Source: Spirogloea muscicola (taxonomy: Eukaryota). From it: a DNA stretch of 63,764 bases. The stretch is taken from assembly GCA_009602725.1 (NCBI GenBank), contig WELB01000021.1:1-63764 (forward strand), written 5' to 3'. The position numbers and the translations under genes were made by a program. Positions 24,404 through 38,200 of this stretch are shown here, one piece after another. Below the pieces are notes generated by a model. It was given only the letters and a program-made list of their open reading frames with translations, searched no databases and was not told the origin of the DNA. Numbering within the stretch: position 1 is the first letter of the stretch; each line of letters begins with the position of its first letter.

Positions 24404-27086
24404 TGATTCCTGTAGCCAGGATCCGCTGCTCAAGGAAGATAATCTCCTTTCAGTAGCCCTGCTGAGGGCCAGTGACGGTGGTGTGTATTTTACGGAGGAT
24501 TGTAGCTCAGCTGGCTGTCAGCAGCTAAAGCTGGCAGGACGCCCCTAGCCTTTGTGAGAAAGCTGCCATTGGTTGCAGGCTTGTACCTAGACCCGCCAGC
24601 AGCAGGTCTAGCTCTGAGGGCCCCAGCCTTAACCTGTGGCTCCGCTTGCGGCCTCACCACATGGGGATGGAGCACTTTGGGCTTTGTTCCCCTCTGGGGG
24701 TTGCACTCCCATCCCCTGCCAAAGGCTACGATTGCTTCCGCTCTTTTCAAAAGGAGTCCTCTTGGAGACCCCTGACAGTGTGCATGACCGCAGCTTAGGG
24801 GCATGGGGTCAGGACCTCCTTCTATCGCAGAAACCAATTTCAGTGGCCGATTGATGTCCACCTACCGCCAGCTTTTGCAAATTATTGGGTTGGCTTTCGA
24901 AACTCTGAAACTCCTCCCAAAAGCAGCGATGGCTGCGAAAGGCCAGCCCAAAAAGTCATGGACAAAACTCCGACAGGGCTTGACATCGCTAAATACATAG
25001 CTATGCAAGTGGCCATATCGAGGGGTGCTCAACAGTATTCAGTCAGCAGAAGCAAGTCAGAGTCGTTTGCATATAGTATAACGTCAACACGGCCGGATAC
25101 TTCACCTCTCGGCAGCTTCGGTCATTAGAGTCGGGCCAAGATAGAGCCCGTGACGGTGACCGTAGACGGTGGCCTTGATCGGCAGCCCATGCTAACGACG
25201 GACTCCAGAAAACCCCACCCCCCGTGCCCCGCCGCCACGGACCCCCGCGCCGCGCGCCGCGCCGCGCGCCGCGCCGCGTAAGGCGGCGCCCTGGGCGGCG
25301 GCGAGGCGGACACGTAGCCAAAGCCGAGAAGGCCGGCGCCGGCGGCGCCGCCGCCGCCCTAACGCCGGCTATGCTGCAGCACTTGGAATACCACGGAGGA
25401 CCGCAGCAGGCGGTAGTGGGAGGGAGGGCGGGGCACGGGGGGCGGCGGGCGCGCCCGCGCTGCNGCCGGTGGCGGCGGAGGCGGGCGGCGCGGCGCGGCT
25501 GGCGGCGCCGCGGGCCGGCCAGGTGATGGACGCCTCCGGAGAAGGGAACCCATCTGAGCCTCCGCAGCCATCGCTGCGGGCCACCTTCGCCCATACAGCT
25601 CAGAGAGACGTCATATGGCCAAGATCCCCACAAAGGGTCACAAAATCTTCGGGTGACCGGGCTGCCCGCAGTGTTTGATGCAATGCAGGGACCCTGGCGA
25701 CGATTAGGACTGCATGTTATCAGTAAGGTTGGTGGGCGAGGTGTTGCAGTGAGTGTGTCATGTGTTAACTCACTTGAGGTGCCAACTTGAAGGAAGGGCC
25801 TAAGCAGGGCCGAATGGAGGGCAGTCCCACATAAGAGGCCCGTGAAACTGTCAATGACATGTTACAGATTGCTCGATACCTCCACAGTCAAAAAGTGCAA
25901 GACTGGGCAGTTTGGTATTACTTGTCGTCTGATAGCCAAGCCCCTTGGAATGATCATCCTCAGCAGAGCCGATACGTGATCTGTGACTGGGCACTTTGAC
26001 CTCCACTTTTTTGTTTTCCCATCGATCTCAAGCACTCGTCGAGTGGTGTTGCTCCTTCGAATCGCAATCTCACACAAATGCAACTGTTTATGAATCAGTT
26101 GCATTTGCACACATATCTAGGTACATCGTGCAAGCATCTCCCTGAATCTTCAAAAGAGTACATCGACAACCAGCTTGTCCAGCACTGCTACATCACAACG
26201 CTTATCACACTTGTATCCACCTGCGCTAGCTGGCTGTACGACGCCATCCCGCAGGATATATGCCACATGTGTATGCTCTCTTCAGATAGCGTCCTCTGGA
26301 AAAGTTGCAAGTAAATCACAAAAGCGCTGCTGGACTCATTACACCTCTTTGTAGCTAGAGAGAAACCGAAAACTTTGTCAGTGGCTGTGAGAGGCCAGCC
26401 CAATGAAGGTTGTGCTATTTCATCATCAGATTTAGCTTCTGCGCTTCTCACCTCCTGCAGCGTGGCAGACCATGTAACTAGTGACTAGCAAGCTCATACA
26501 CATAATGAGCTGTGAGGTTTCAGATCTTTGCATTTCCTTTCAGAGCCTTGACCATGACTAGCGGCTATCTGATAGACTGACGCTGGGACTACACCAGCTT
26601 ACTACTCACAGCGCTCACCTGCAGGCAGACGTTTTCAAAGCCTGGCCTACGCACGTCTCAGCCTTTCGATGATTCTGGCGGCCCTCGGAGGTCTCCTAGA
26701 TGAGGGTATGCTAAGAAGTACATCTCATTGTCAAATCCTTAAAGAAGAATGAAACCGTGATGATGGGACATTGCTCTGTCTTGCCTGATGTCCAACTGTC
26801 TCATCTATGGTTCTCTGGCAGGACCATTGCAGGTCGCTACTTGAGGAAAAAGCCAGCATGCAACTACTACAGCATTGCAGACAGCTGCAGGCAGGGACAC
26901 AGGCGCTATGCCCTGTCCCGTGCTCAATATAAAAGTGATAGCAGCTACTACAGCCTCCCTGCGGCACAGAAAGCCCTGTTATTGGACAAGCTCATGCTGC
27001 CCAGCCTTCGCTTTGTGGACCCAGCCCACAGAGCTGCTGCAGGCTAGCTGAGTGTCGTTTTCTTCAGTGTCTTGAGCATATGTCCA

Positions 27087-29215
27087 CTACCGGCGGCGGG
27101 GCTTTGGGCCTCGCCTTCCCTGCTGGGCCCCGGAAGGGCTGCTGCTGGCAGCCACCTCTTTCGGAGCACTTCCCGCCGAACTGCTTGCGGGCTTGAAGGC
27201 CACACCGACCAGGTGAGGGTCTGGGAACTCCAGGATGTGGTCCACCTCCACCCTCTCAAAGTGGCCCGCAGCCTGCAATGCAGCACTTATATAAGTCAGA
27301 GCTCAAGCACTACTCTGTCTGCTGAGGATAGAAGTGGAGTCCGATGAGAGCAAAGAACCCCAATCCAGGCTACCTAGGCAGCTATTGCACGAATTTATGA
27401 TCAATCAGTGCTGGACCTAGACAAAGTGCTACATGCCCATGCGCTAAGCAGTAGTGAAGATTGCTGCAGCGTGTGACAGCGTGTGAAGAATGCCATGACG
27501 GGCCAATTAGCCAAGGTTATGATAGGGCAGCTCTGTCGAATAACAACTGCACGCTCGCTTGCCTTTATGAGGTCTTCCAAATTGGCGTGCTTGCTGCCTC
27601 CAGAGCTCTCTAAGAAGATAAATGGCTGCAGCAGCCCACGCGCGGAGCAGAGCACGAAGAAGGCCCACATACAACGTCAGACATGTCCTGCATCCACGGT
27701 GCTTCATCTGGGACACAGCTCTGATTGAAACAGCGGGCACTAATGGCCACTCCCTCCACTTGCAATGTAAAGCCTGGTTGCCATATTGGAGTGGTGAGCT
27801 AACCCTGACCCTGGCCCGTCAGTGCGAAACTCAGAGCTCACTCCAGTCTGATGCTTGGCCGTCGCTCTGCTAGTTGCGGGCAGCATGGAGACAGCAGATC
27901 CGCATTTTCACAGCCACATTCTTGTTGCTTAAGTACCTTGCCAGGCTTAAGCAAGTGATGGACCTCCTTCAACACTGCAGGCAGCTTCTCCCTTGGTAAG
28001 GACTGCAGAAAGTGGACGCTCACCTGCCAATCCCACCAACACAAGTGCCACTTATCATACGCAAAGCTTTTATCATAAGCAAAGCATTACCTTGTGCAAA
28101 CATTCGTCTTTGAGCACGTGGTCAATGTCAAGCTCTCCACGGCCAGAGCCAGTTGGAGCTGGCTGACCAGGCTCTGGTGAGCTCACCGCGGCGTCAACGC
28201 TGTTTGCGGGAAGGCCAAGAGCCTCTGGACTCCGCTTGATAATTTCCACTGGGATGCCTGCTGATGCAGCTGACGCAGGCGACCTGGAGTGGAGGGTCAG
28301 AGCTCAACGGTGGACGAAGCGCCCGACCACAAGCGAACTCGCAGAGCGCAGACCCACAGCCAGAACCTCAACTGCGCAGCCCAACTGCGATCACCTGCCA
28401 GTCAAGGCCAGCAAACGCGTGTCTTGGCACACCTTGGTTGTCAAGAAGCTGGGCGCCTGTGCGTGGGTTGACCGCCAGGACCTGCACGGTGTCCTTGGGG
28501 TAGTAGAACAGGTTCTTGCCGCCGTCGACGTTGAGGTCCAGGACGCGCGCGCCGCCGCGCGGGACGTGGCGCCCCAGCATTGCCGCTGTAATGTACTGGG
28601 GCAGACGATCGGGCAACCGCAACGGTCAGACACGATCAGCCGGCAAGTATGACACAATCGCTGGGAGACCCATTGGCCGCCAACCTCTGACTCATACACT
28701 TACATATGTCATACACAAGAATCTGGAGATTTCGTGCAACTCCCCAACTCATACACATACATATATCACACACAAGAGTCTGGAGGTCTTTGTGCAACTC
28801 CTAAATGGCAGATAGTAGCCCTTTTCCCGCATTAAGAGAGAGTAAGCTACTCCTGCACAGAGGAGAGCGAGACCAGCAGGCAGCAAGTGTAGATGGTCGG
28901 ACGGCTATTGTTCAACCATTATCTGGGCTGGCCACACACAGCCATCGCCCTCTATAGGAAGAGTCTACCTCTAATGCAGGTCCTTAACGCAGGAAGGCAA
29001 TAGAGATTTGCAACAGATGGAGAGCCGGGGGTCGCCATTCACCTGGACCCGGACGTACGCGTACGCGCGGACGGCTATGAAGGCGGCGGCGGCAGCCGCA
29101 GCGGCCGCGCCGCTGGCTACGAGCGCCGGAGCCTCGAGGCCGCCGGCGCCAGGCAGGTCTGCCGCTAGGGCGGGCGCCGCCTCCGCCGCCAAAGCCGCCG
29201 CCGCCGCCGCCGCCG
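27087..29215 (-). CDS. Class I SAM-dependent methyltransferase-like protein, probably plastid membrane-anchored (5' end in gap)
   Basis: Hydrophobic anchor then YITAAMLGRHVPRGGARVLDLNVDGGKNLFYYP (motif I-like), LPANSVDAA, VLKEVHHLLKPG, FIFLE, DPHLVGVAFKP; GT-AG introns. Confidence 0.75.
28690..28802. repeat. 57-bp tandem duplication in an intron
   Basis: Two diverged copies beginning ACTCATACAC...TCTGGAG...GTGCAACTCC. Confidence 0.8.
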
Positions 29216-29337
<122 letters not shown>

Positions 29338-29676
29338 NNNNNNNNNNNNNNNNNNNNNNNNNNNNNNNNNNNNNNNNNNNNNNNNNNNNNNNNNNNNNNN
29401 NNNNNNNNNNNNNNNNNNNNNNNNNNNNNNNNNNNNNNNNNNNNNNNNNNNNNNNNNNNNNNNNNNNNNNNNNNNNNNNNNNNNNNNNNNNNNNNNNNNN
29501 NNNNNNNNNNNNNNNNNNNNNNNNNNNNNNNNNNNNNNNNNNNNNNNNNNNNNNNNNNNNNNNNNNNNNNNNNNNNNNNNNNNNNNNNNNNNNNNNNNNN
29601 NNNNNNNNNNNNNNNNNNNNNNNNNNNNNNNNNNNNNNNNNNNNNNNNNNNNNNNNNNNNNNNNNNNNNNNNNNNN

Positions 29677-29800
<124 letters not shown>

Positions 29801-29850
29801 CGCTGCTGCCACGGCGGTGCCTGACTTGTCGCCGCGGCGCGCGGGCGGCA

Positions 29851-32179
29851 GGCTGGTGGCCGCAACGCCCCGCGGCGGCGGCGACGCCGCGCCGTGGTCG
29901 GAGCGCCACTTCGACGTCAACGGCACCACCACCAGCGGCATCTGGTCCATCAAGTAACGTCCTGCCCCCCCCCCCGTCGACGCTGCCGCCGCCATGGCAG
30001 CCGCGCCGCCGCTGCTGAGGCCGCGGCCGAGACCATGACCGGCGCGCAGCGAGCTGAGATGGCCAGTGGCCGCATCCGCCGTTGCCGCAGGCGCGGGCTA
30101 GAGGCGCCGCCGTCGCCCTTCTGCGGGCCCATCACGGCCAACCAGGGCCAGGGCCCGCCGCCCATGCTCGCCGAGCGCTTCCAGTCGGTCATCAGCCAGC
30201 TCTTCAACTACGTGAGCGCCGCCGCTGCGCCACCCCCCATCGCCGCCTGGCACTGGCTCCGCCGGCAGCGGCAGCAGCTTTTTGGAAGCTTCTGCCAGTC
30301 GCCGGCCCATCTTCGACCTCAGCCTTCGGCAGTTCGGTGCAGGCCATCTGATGCCTGCCCAGCTTGCGCGGCGTGCATGCAGCGCATCATTCGCTGCGGC
30401 GGCGCCGTGGACGACGACATGGCAAACCTCATCGTCGCGCAGCTCCTGTACCTGGACGCTGCGGACTCCACTAGGGTAATTGGTCTGCCAGCCAAGAATA
30501 TAAGCATCTTGTCGGCCTCTTGGTTGGGGTCTGCTTTTGGCGGTTGGTGCGGCCCTGCCAATCTCGTATGAGCTGCTCGACATGTGAACCGCATCAAGCT
30601 ACGAGGAGCGGCGGCCAGGAAAAACTAATGGGTTCATCTTGTCCCCGGCCCTCGTGTTGATGACTGCTTCGTTGCTGTGCATGGGCCGGCAGGACATCAT
30701 CATGTACGTCAACTCGCCGGGCGGCTCCGTTACTGCGGGTGAGTCATACTAGCAGCCACAGACGAGTTACAGATCTTGCTAACCCCTTGTATGTGGAGGT
30801 TGCGACTTGAAGCAAATTAGGGCTTGGATATGGTCCGCATCAAGATGATGTTGTTTGTTGCTCCTATGCCAAGTCGGTCTGGCCCCAACCCCAAATGTCA
30901 CCTGGGTCTTGCGCAGGCATGGCTATCTTCGACACCATGCGCCATATCAGGCCCGACGTCAGCACTGTCTGCGTCGGCCTAGCCGCCAGGTGCCTGCTCA
31001 CTTGTCAAGCTGATCAGGTTGACCTGGTCATTGCAGCCGTGCCTGTGCCTGGGCTTGTAGACTGTTGCAGTCTCAAGGATGGAGTGTTGTAACGATCAGA
31101 ACGGCGAGATGTTATTGTCCCTCCTCTTGGTGGTAGGAAAATCTGCTCAGATAGGATTACAATTGCTGCTAATTGCCTGTTGCTGATTGCTGGTTGTTCC
31201 TTCTGGCCACAGCATGGGTGCATTTTTGCTCAGCGGGGGGACGAAGGGTATGACTCAAAGCTTTGCTCGATGTGATTCAGCTCAGACCTGCCCAGCTTGT
31301 TGGCAATCTTGGAAGGCCTTCACATCAGAAAGCATCTGACCCAGCCTTTGCATGTTGCTACTGACCTTGCAATGCTGCTGCAGGCAAGCGGTACAGCCTG
31401 CCCAACTCGCGCATCATGATTCATCAACCGCTCGGTGGCGCGCAGGGTCAGCAGACTGACATTGAGATCCAGGTCAGCACCCCACCTTTTACAGGTCTAA
31501 GTCAAATGTGTCAGCCAGCTTCCTAAAGGTGCAGGATGTTGTTAGGAGGGTCCTGGAGGAGGACAGGGTTATTGCAGCTGTTGAAATGTCAACAAGACAA
31601 CTACAGTTGTGATGGTGGATAAGATTGGGCCAGCTACTCTTAGGTCCTTCTTGTGAAATGTGAGTCCGCAGTAAGCCTGGTGCTACTTCAATTGCTATGT
31701 GGTATTCTTTGGCTCCAACAGCTTGAGTACTTTCTGCCGCTTGATTCCTCAAACAAGTCGGCCGATGTGGGTGCAGGCAAACGAGATCCTGCACCACAAG
31801 GCGAACTTGAACGGCTACCTGGCGTATCATACTGGCCAGCCACTTGAGAAGATCCTGCAGGTGCGCCAAAGCTGCCCGCGAGCTTCGGATGTGTTTCTAG
31901 AGCTGTGAGATAGCTGTGCACTGGCTCTCCGGTCAGCCAAGCTGAGGTAGGAGGCGCTTTATATATTAGGATGAAAATCAGGGTCAGCCTGGGATGAGTA
32001 TGGCAAGAGAACTGATTTCTGCTGATTGGACCTGGCACGCGCAGGACACGGACCGGGACTTCTTTATGAGCGCCAAGGAGGCACAGGAATATGGGCTTAT
32101 TGACTCGGTGATCAGCAATCCGCTCAAGGCACTGCGGCCGCTACCCTCTCCACCTGCGCCTGCTCCAGTCCTCGCTTAA
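29851..32179 (+). CDS. CLPP5: Plastid ATP-dependent Clp protease proteolytic subunit 5 (5' end in gap)
   Basis: [71 protein letters not shown] (Ser), [10 protein letters not shown] (His), [25 protein letters not shown]; diagnostic of plant ClpP5. Confidence 0.93.
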
Positions 32180-32986
32180 GCTCTTGAGCATGTGCACTTC
32201 ATGCTAAACTAATAGGAACCTGGTTACTTGGATTTCTGGGCACGTGGGTGCTGGATAGCGGCTGGGCTTCCTGACTCTGGCACCAAGGAAGCCCAGCGGT
32301 TTTGCACACATCTGTTGTACATACTTGCAAGCCTCTCCATCTCTCAATGTCAAAAGTCTGGTATCTTGATTGTAGAGGCTGCTTATAAGTTTGTTCACAA
32401 GCTGTTGGATGATTGGCCTCGTCATCTCTTAGTCAGTCGGTGTGTTGCCATGAGGAGGCTCACGAGTGAAGGACGCCGCCAGGTGCTTAGACGGGGTTGT
32501 TGTGCTCATTGTATGCTTATTGGACCCAAGGCTACTTGGCGCAAATGCAGTGCCTCTGACAACGTTTGTCATAAGACAGCGTCCTGTGGGCTGACAGTCA
32601 CGCCTGCGTGCCGTTTGCCTAAGTGATGGTGGCCTGCTGCACAAATTGAGCACCAATGAGCCTAGCTGACAGAGAGAGTCATAGAATGTGGGAGGCTTGT
32701 CGCAGTCATTGCGAGGTGCTGCGGGTTTGGCTGTCAGTCCCGTCCTGCTGCTGCAGAGGGCGATAAGAAGTCATCGACCTGAAACACACATGAGCACGGC
32801 TGTTAGCACTGGAACTTGTTGCGGGAAGTGTGGTTCGCCTGCACTTTCGGTTTCCAGACAGTATCAATATGAAATACATTTCCTCCCATTCTCTGCCCGG
32901 CTTCAACGCCGCTGGGTCGCCTGCCCAGGTGTTCCATATTCGGCTATCCGACCTCCGACCTCGTGTACTTTGAGAACAGCGCTTTC

Positions 32987-33311
32987 AAATTGACTGGTGG
33001 CTGTGAGAGGCCAGCCAAAATGAATGGACAAAGTCGGGAGGGGCCGGATGGCGCAAAAAGCAAGATGCTAATTGCTAAGACGGCAGCAAGGGGGCTGGCT
33101 CTCCCAGCCATTGCCTTCGATTGGAAGAGCTGTTCTTTCCAGCTACAACTTACTCCGACTTGTGGCTGCTGACTCGGGGTTACGAAGCTCCCATTCCCTG
33201 AAGTCATGCATAGAAGAAGGCGGGGCCAGATTGACTGGTGGCTGTGAGAGGCCAGCCCAAAGGAATGGATAAGGTCCGAAGGAGCCGGATGGTGCAGAAA
33301 CCAAGGTGCTA
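32987..33311 (-). mobile_element. Two tandem subfamily-C CRE 3'-end fragments (32987-33093; 33212-33311) plus an opposite-strand hairpin at 33092
   Basis: Both begin TTGACTGGTGGCTGTGAGAGGCCAGCC and continue GAATGGA...GCCGGATGG...AAG(A/G)TGCTA. The second copy resumes at 39923. Confidence 0.75.
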
Positions 33312-34279
33312 GAGGAAAGGGCTCGCCCATTGAGGATAGGGGCTGGAAAAGCCAGCCCAAAAAAGAACGAACAAAGTACGAGAAGGGGGCCAGAGGAAGC
33401 GCTAAGAAAACAAGCACAAAAAGAAAGAAAGCAGCTAAGAAGCACTCAGTAACCCCTGCTAAGCAGCGTCAGGTCAGAGAAGCTGGGCTCCTGGAAGCGG
33501 GTCCCCTGGCCAGAGCCAGAGGCAGCAGCGAGGACTCTGCCGGCACGCAGGTGCAGCGCGCCGGCCATAGACCGCTGCAGGGAGACGGCCAAGCGCATAC
33601 GGTACACCTGCGCTAGCGACCCGGCTGCAGGAAAGTCCACCGGCTCCCCATGGAACCGGCGGACGATGGCATGGTGGGCGAGCGAGAGAGGGTTGAGCAG
33701 CTCGAGCCACCGAGCGCCCAACGCCCCATGCGTGTCGATAGCTAGCGGGAAGAACTTGTCTTCCCGCGGATGATCAGCATACTTGAGCTCCTTGGCCCGA
33801 GCGGCGCAGGCGACCGCATACCCGGCCTTGGTGGCACATTGGGCTGGGTGTGAGCGGTCGTATGCGTCGGTGGTCACCACGTCCAGGATAAGACGTGGCC
33901 CGCCGGCTTGTGGGGTGGCCACAAGGTCTACGCGACGTGCGTGGAGACCGTCGGCCCGTTGCTGGAGCGGCATGACGGCGGAGTTCTCCGCTACCACCGA
34001 GATGCCAGCCTCCACCAGGATGCCATGCATCGCATCCCGGAGGCGGTCGTGGGCCGCTGTCCGCTCTCCGCCGTGGGAACAGCGCAGAACATGAGCGGCC
34101 AGCTCCCCAGGCTCGGCCCTCGCTCGCCACATTCACACTGACGCACACCCTGGAGGCATGGCGGCGGCAGGCCCAGGAGCCGGTGGACGGCACTGCGAAA
34201 TACCTCATCCGGGAGAGTGAGGGTGTCGTTGAGGGGAAGGGCCTGGAGCCACGACGCTGCCCCCGGGGAAGAGGCCGAC
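33312..34279 (-). mobile_element. 5'-truncated CRE-clade non-LTR retrotransposon (subfamily A), left arm
   Basis: Encodes the CCHC knuckle and restriction-like endonuclease region: CEC...HVLRC..GGERTAAHDRLRD, RRVDLV, LILDV, KELKY, FFPLAIDTHGALG; 3' UTR with hairpin. Confidence 0.9.
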
Positions 34280-35222
34280 CTGCGCGGGCGCGCGCGATTC
34301 CACTCGGCCTCCTCACCGGGGGCCGCGGCGTGGCTCCAGGCCCTCCCCCTCAATGAAGCCCTCACACTCCCGGACGAGGTGTTCCGCAGTGCCGTCCACC
34401 GGCTCCTGGGCCTGCCACCGCCATGTCTCCAGGGTGTGCAACAGTGTGAATGTGGCGAGCGAGGGGCCGAGCCTGGGGAGCTGGCCGCTCATGTTCTGCG
34501 CTGTTCCCACGCGGAGAGCGAACAGCGGCCCACGACCGCCTCCGGGGTGCGATGCATGGCATCCTGGTGGAGGCCGGCTTCTCGGTGGCAGCGGAGAACT
34601 CCGCCGTCATGCCGCTCCAGCAAAGGGCCGACGGTCTCCACGCACGTCGCGTAGACCTTGTGGCCACCCCACAAGCCGGCGGGCCACGTCATATCCTGGA
34701 CATAGTGACCACAGACTCATACGACCGCTCACACCCAACCCAATGTGCCATCAAGGCTGGGTATGCGGTCGCCTGCGCCGCTCGAGCTAAGGAGCTCAAA
34801 TATGCTGATCATCCGCGGGAAGACGAGTTCTTCCCGCTGGCTATCGACAGGCATGGGGCGTTGGGCGCTCGGTAGCTCGAGCTGCTCAACCAGCTCGCCC
34901 GCTGCGCCATCGTCCGCCGCTTCCATGGGGAGCCAGTGGACCGTCTTGCAGCCGGGTCGCTAGCGCAGGTGTACCGGATGCGCTTGGCCGTCTCGCTGCA
35001 GAGGTCTATGGCCCGCGAGCTGCACCTGCGTGCCGGCAGAGCCCTCGCCGCTGCCTCTGGCTCTGGCCAGGGGACCCGCATCCAGGAGCCCAGCTTCTCT
35101 GACCTGAGGCTGCTTAGCAGGTCACTGAATAATACGTAGCTGCTTTGTTTCTTGTTGTGCTTATCTTCTTAGCGCCTCCCCGGGCCCCCCTTCTCGTAAT
35201 CTGTTGATTCTTTTTGCGGGCT
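34277..35222 (+). mobile_element. 5'-truncated CRE-clade retrotransposon (subfamily A), right arm, inverted relative to left arm; last ~35 bp displaced to 39846-39880
   Basis: Same RLE motifs on the + strand, with a premature TAG at ~34873 and a frameshift. 3' UTR ends GGGCT at 35222. Confidence 0.9.
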
Positions 35223-38200
35223 AGGTCGAGGGCGCCGCCGCCGCCGCCGCCGCCGCCACCCCTCCTAAACCCCGGGGGCCGCCGCCGGCGTCGCTGCCGG
35301 CGGCGCGCGCCCTGGGGTTCGCGGCGCGCCTGCCCCCTCCCCCTAACCTGCGAGCACTTTCCTCTTTTTCTCCGCGCCCGGGCAGCCGTGTGAACTTGTG
35401 GTGGCTGCCCAGTGGTGGCGGCCCAGAAGCGCAAGGCGGGCCAACAGGTACAGCCACCAGGAGCCTGGGCTTCCCCCTTTCTAACACACGGAATTTGTCC
35501 TGGCTTCCTGCAGTCTGAAAGCCCCGTGCAGTGTGACTGAGAATGACTCTCGGTAAAAGAAACGAAGGGCTGGAGGCGATGGCAAGGAACGGAGGCGTCG
35601 TCTATGTTGCATCCAGTTCTCAGCGTTGTGCCCACATTCCCACAACCACACTCCGCCGCAGCCGCCGCCGAGCAGCCTTACCCTCGCCGCGGCGCCGCCT
35701 TTGCCGCTGTCGGGTCGCAGCCCAGCTCGGCTGCTCTCGCCTCCTCCTCGAGCCGGTAGGCTGACGCGCAAGTCGCCATTCGGGCCACATTCGTTCAATT
35801 CCACGCTGCGCCTCTCCTGCTCCACACTGAGGCTCGCCCGCCGTCGTCTCGCAGCGCCACCGCCATGGCCACGCATCCGGCGACCCTGCCGGTGCCGTTC
35901 AAAGCCACGACTGCGCTCTCCGCGCTGTGGTCAATCATCATCTTACATACGGTCAGAGGCACACTGTTGACTCTCCTGAGCTCGTCTGTGCCTTGGATGC
36001 TCCAAGCCGGCGCTCAAATCCATCGCCCCCNNNNNNNNNNNNNNNNNNNNNNNNNNNNNNNNNNNNNNNNNNNNNNNNNNNNNNNNNNNNNNNNNNNNNN
36101 NNNNNNNNNNNNNNNNNNNNNNNNNNNNNNNNNNNNNNNNNNNNNNNNNNNNNNNNNNNNNNNNNNNNNNNNNNNNNNNNNNNNNNNNNNNNNNNNNNNN
36201 NNNNNNNNNNNNNNNNNNNNNNNNNNNNNNNNNNNNNNNNNNNNNNNNNNNNNNNNNNNNNNNNNNNNNNNNNNNNNNNNNNNNNNNNNNNNNNNNNNNN
36301 NNNNNNNNNNNNNNNNNNNNNNNNNNNNNNNNNNNNNNNNNNNNNNNNNNNNNNNNNNNNNNNNNNNNNNNNNNNNNNNNNNNNNNNNNNNNNNNNNNNN
36401 NNNNNNNNNNNNNNCCGCCGCCGTCGCCGCCGCCATCGCCGCCAGCTCCGCCGCCAGCTCCGCCGCCACCCCCGCCGCCGGCACTACCGCCGCCTCCGCC
36501 TCCTCTTTCGCAGCCGCCACCTTCCCCTCCACCGTTACAACCGACGCCTCCCCCCCCCTCAGTTCCGCCCAGCCTGCCTCCGCCTCTGCTGTGCCGGCAC
36601 TGCCAAGGCCCCTGCCCCACCCCCCGCAGCTTGGCCCAGCATGAGCTCGCCTGCACCCATTGCAACAATTGCGCGGAACAGGCGCGACGAGCAGCACCAG
36701 CCGGCGCTCGCCGTAGCGGCCGTGGGAGGACTCTCCCACCGAGCCCAGCACAACCAAGCCTTCATCACTGGCAGTAGGCCGTGGACCTTGACCTGGCCGC
36801 GGTTCTCAGGCAGGCGGCGCTCCCCCTCGTCCGCCACGTTTCCCGCTGGGCACGCCCGCACATCCGCCGCGCCTTCCGCCCTGTCCTGCTCCGCATTGCA
36901 GCGGACCACTGCGACCAAGCCGCGTGGACCATCTTCCTCTTCTTCCCTCGCCTGCTCTTGGGCCGGGTGCCGCATGAGGGTCGCAGCCAGGGCCGCCAGC
37001 CCCGCTTGGAACGCATCCACCTCTTCGAGAACGGGCGATGTGAGGAGCTCCTGGCGCAACACGACGCCGCAGTGGCAGCAGCCGCCGCCAGTCGCCACGC
37101 CCGGTGTAGGGAGTCGTCGTTCGACAGAGCAGCGGCCATCCTGCGTGCTCTTCGCTTTGGACACGCCGGCGAGCTCTTGCGGGCTGTGCAAGCACTTGAG
37201 GACTCTTCGCTGGCTCCACCGACCTCGACAACCAGACGTGCCCTGGACGCCCTCCATCCCGAAGCCCGTGCCTCCTCCCCCCTGGCTGCCTTCCTTCGAG
37301 CCGCCAGAGGCAGTGGCCCTCGATGCCGCAACCCTCCGTTGGGTACTCCAGAGCAGCCGCAGGGCAGCAGCAGGCGGCCCCTCTGGCATGCTCACGGAGC
37401 ACCTCCGTGAGCTGTTCCTGGAGGGCGAGGCCTCCGACTTCCAGGCGCTGCTCCAAGTCTGTTAGCTCGTGGCCCAGGACAAGGTCCCTGCTGCTAACCG
37501 CTTGGTGCTCCGCTCCAGCAACCTCCTCGCCATTGCCAAGGCCAATGGCGGAGTCCGCCCCATCGCCATCGGCGAGGTTCTGTACCGGCTGGTGGCCCGC
37601 ACGCTGTGGCAGCAACATCTTGGGCAGGCGCAGACCCACCTTGCCCCACATCAATACGGCGCTAGGCCTGAGCGGCGGGGAGGCTGTCGTCCACGGCGTC
37701 CGCGCGGCCCTGGATCTCCACCCTGACTGGATGGTTCTGGCTGTCGATGTCCAAAACGCCTTCAACAGCGTAGAGCGCAGCGCCATCGCCGAGGAGCTGC
37801 GAGCGGCCTTCCCTTCCCTCTTCCCTTCTTCCGCCTTGGCTACGGCCAGCCCAGCGACCTTCTCTGGCGGACATGGAGTGGCGAGGTCGAGAGGCTGCAG
37901 TCGAGGACGGGCACACGCCAGGGGGATCCTCTGGCAGGGTTATTCTTTGCGCTGGCTCACAACCGCGCTCTCAAGGCCACTGCGGCAGCGCACCCCGGCG
38001 TCCTCCTGCCGTCCTACGCCGACGACACCACACTGGTCAGCAGCCCAGGGGATGTGTCAGCAGCCACCGCGACCTTCCAGCAGCAGCTGGCCGCCCTCGG
38101 CATGTCCATCCGGCCCGAGAAGTGCATCGCGTGGTCCTTGCGTGGCCTCCCTGCCCCCTTGCCCCTACCGCCCGGGTGCCAGACTCCCCCAGGCGCCTCA

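Noticed and set aside
25224..27047. Possible additional plus-strand gene (GC-rich start near 25371/25526, exon-like segments to 27047)
   Set aside because: No recognisable motif or consistent splice model, and an N join at 25464; needs RNA-seq.
32987..33360. Repeated ~30-bp palindromic units resembling a CRISPR or REP array
   Set aside because: Irregular spacing, mixed orientation, no cas genes, eukaryotic context; explained as retrotransposon 3' ends.
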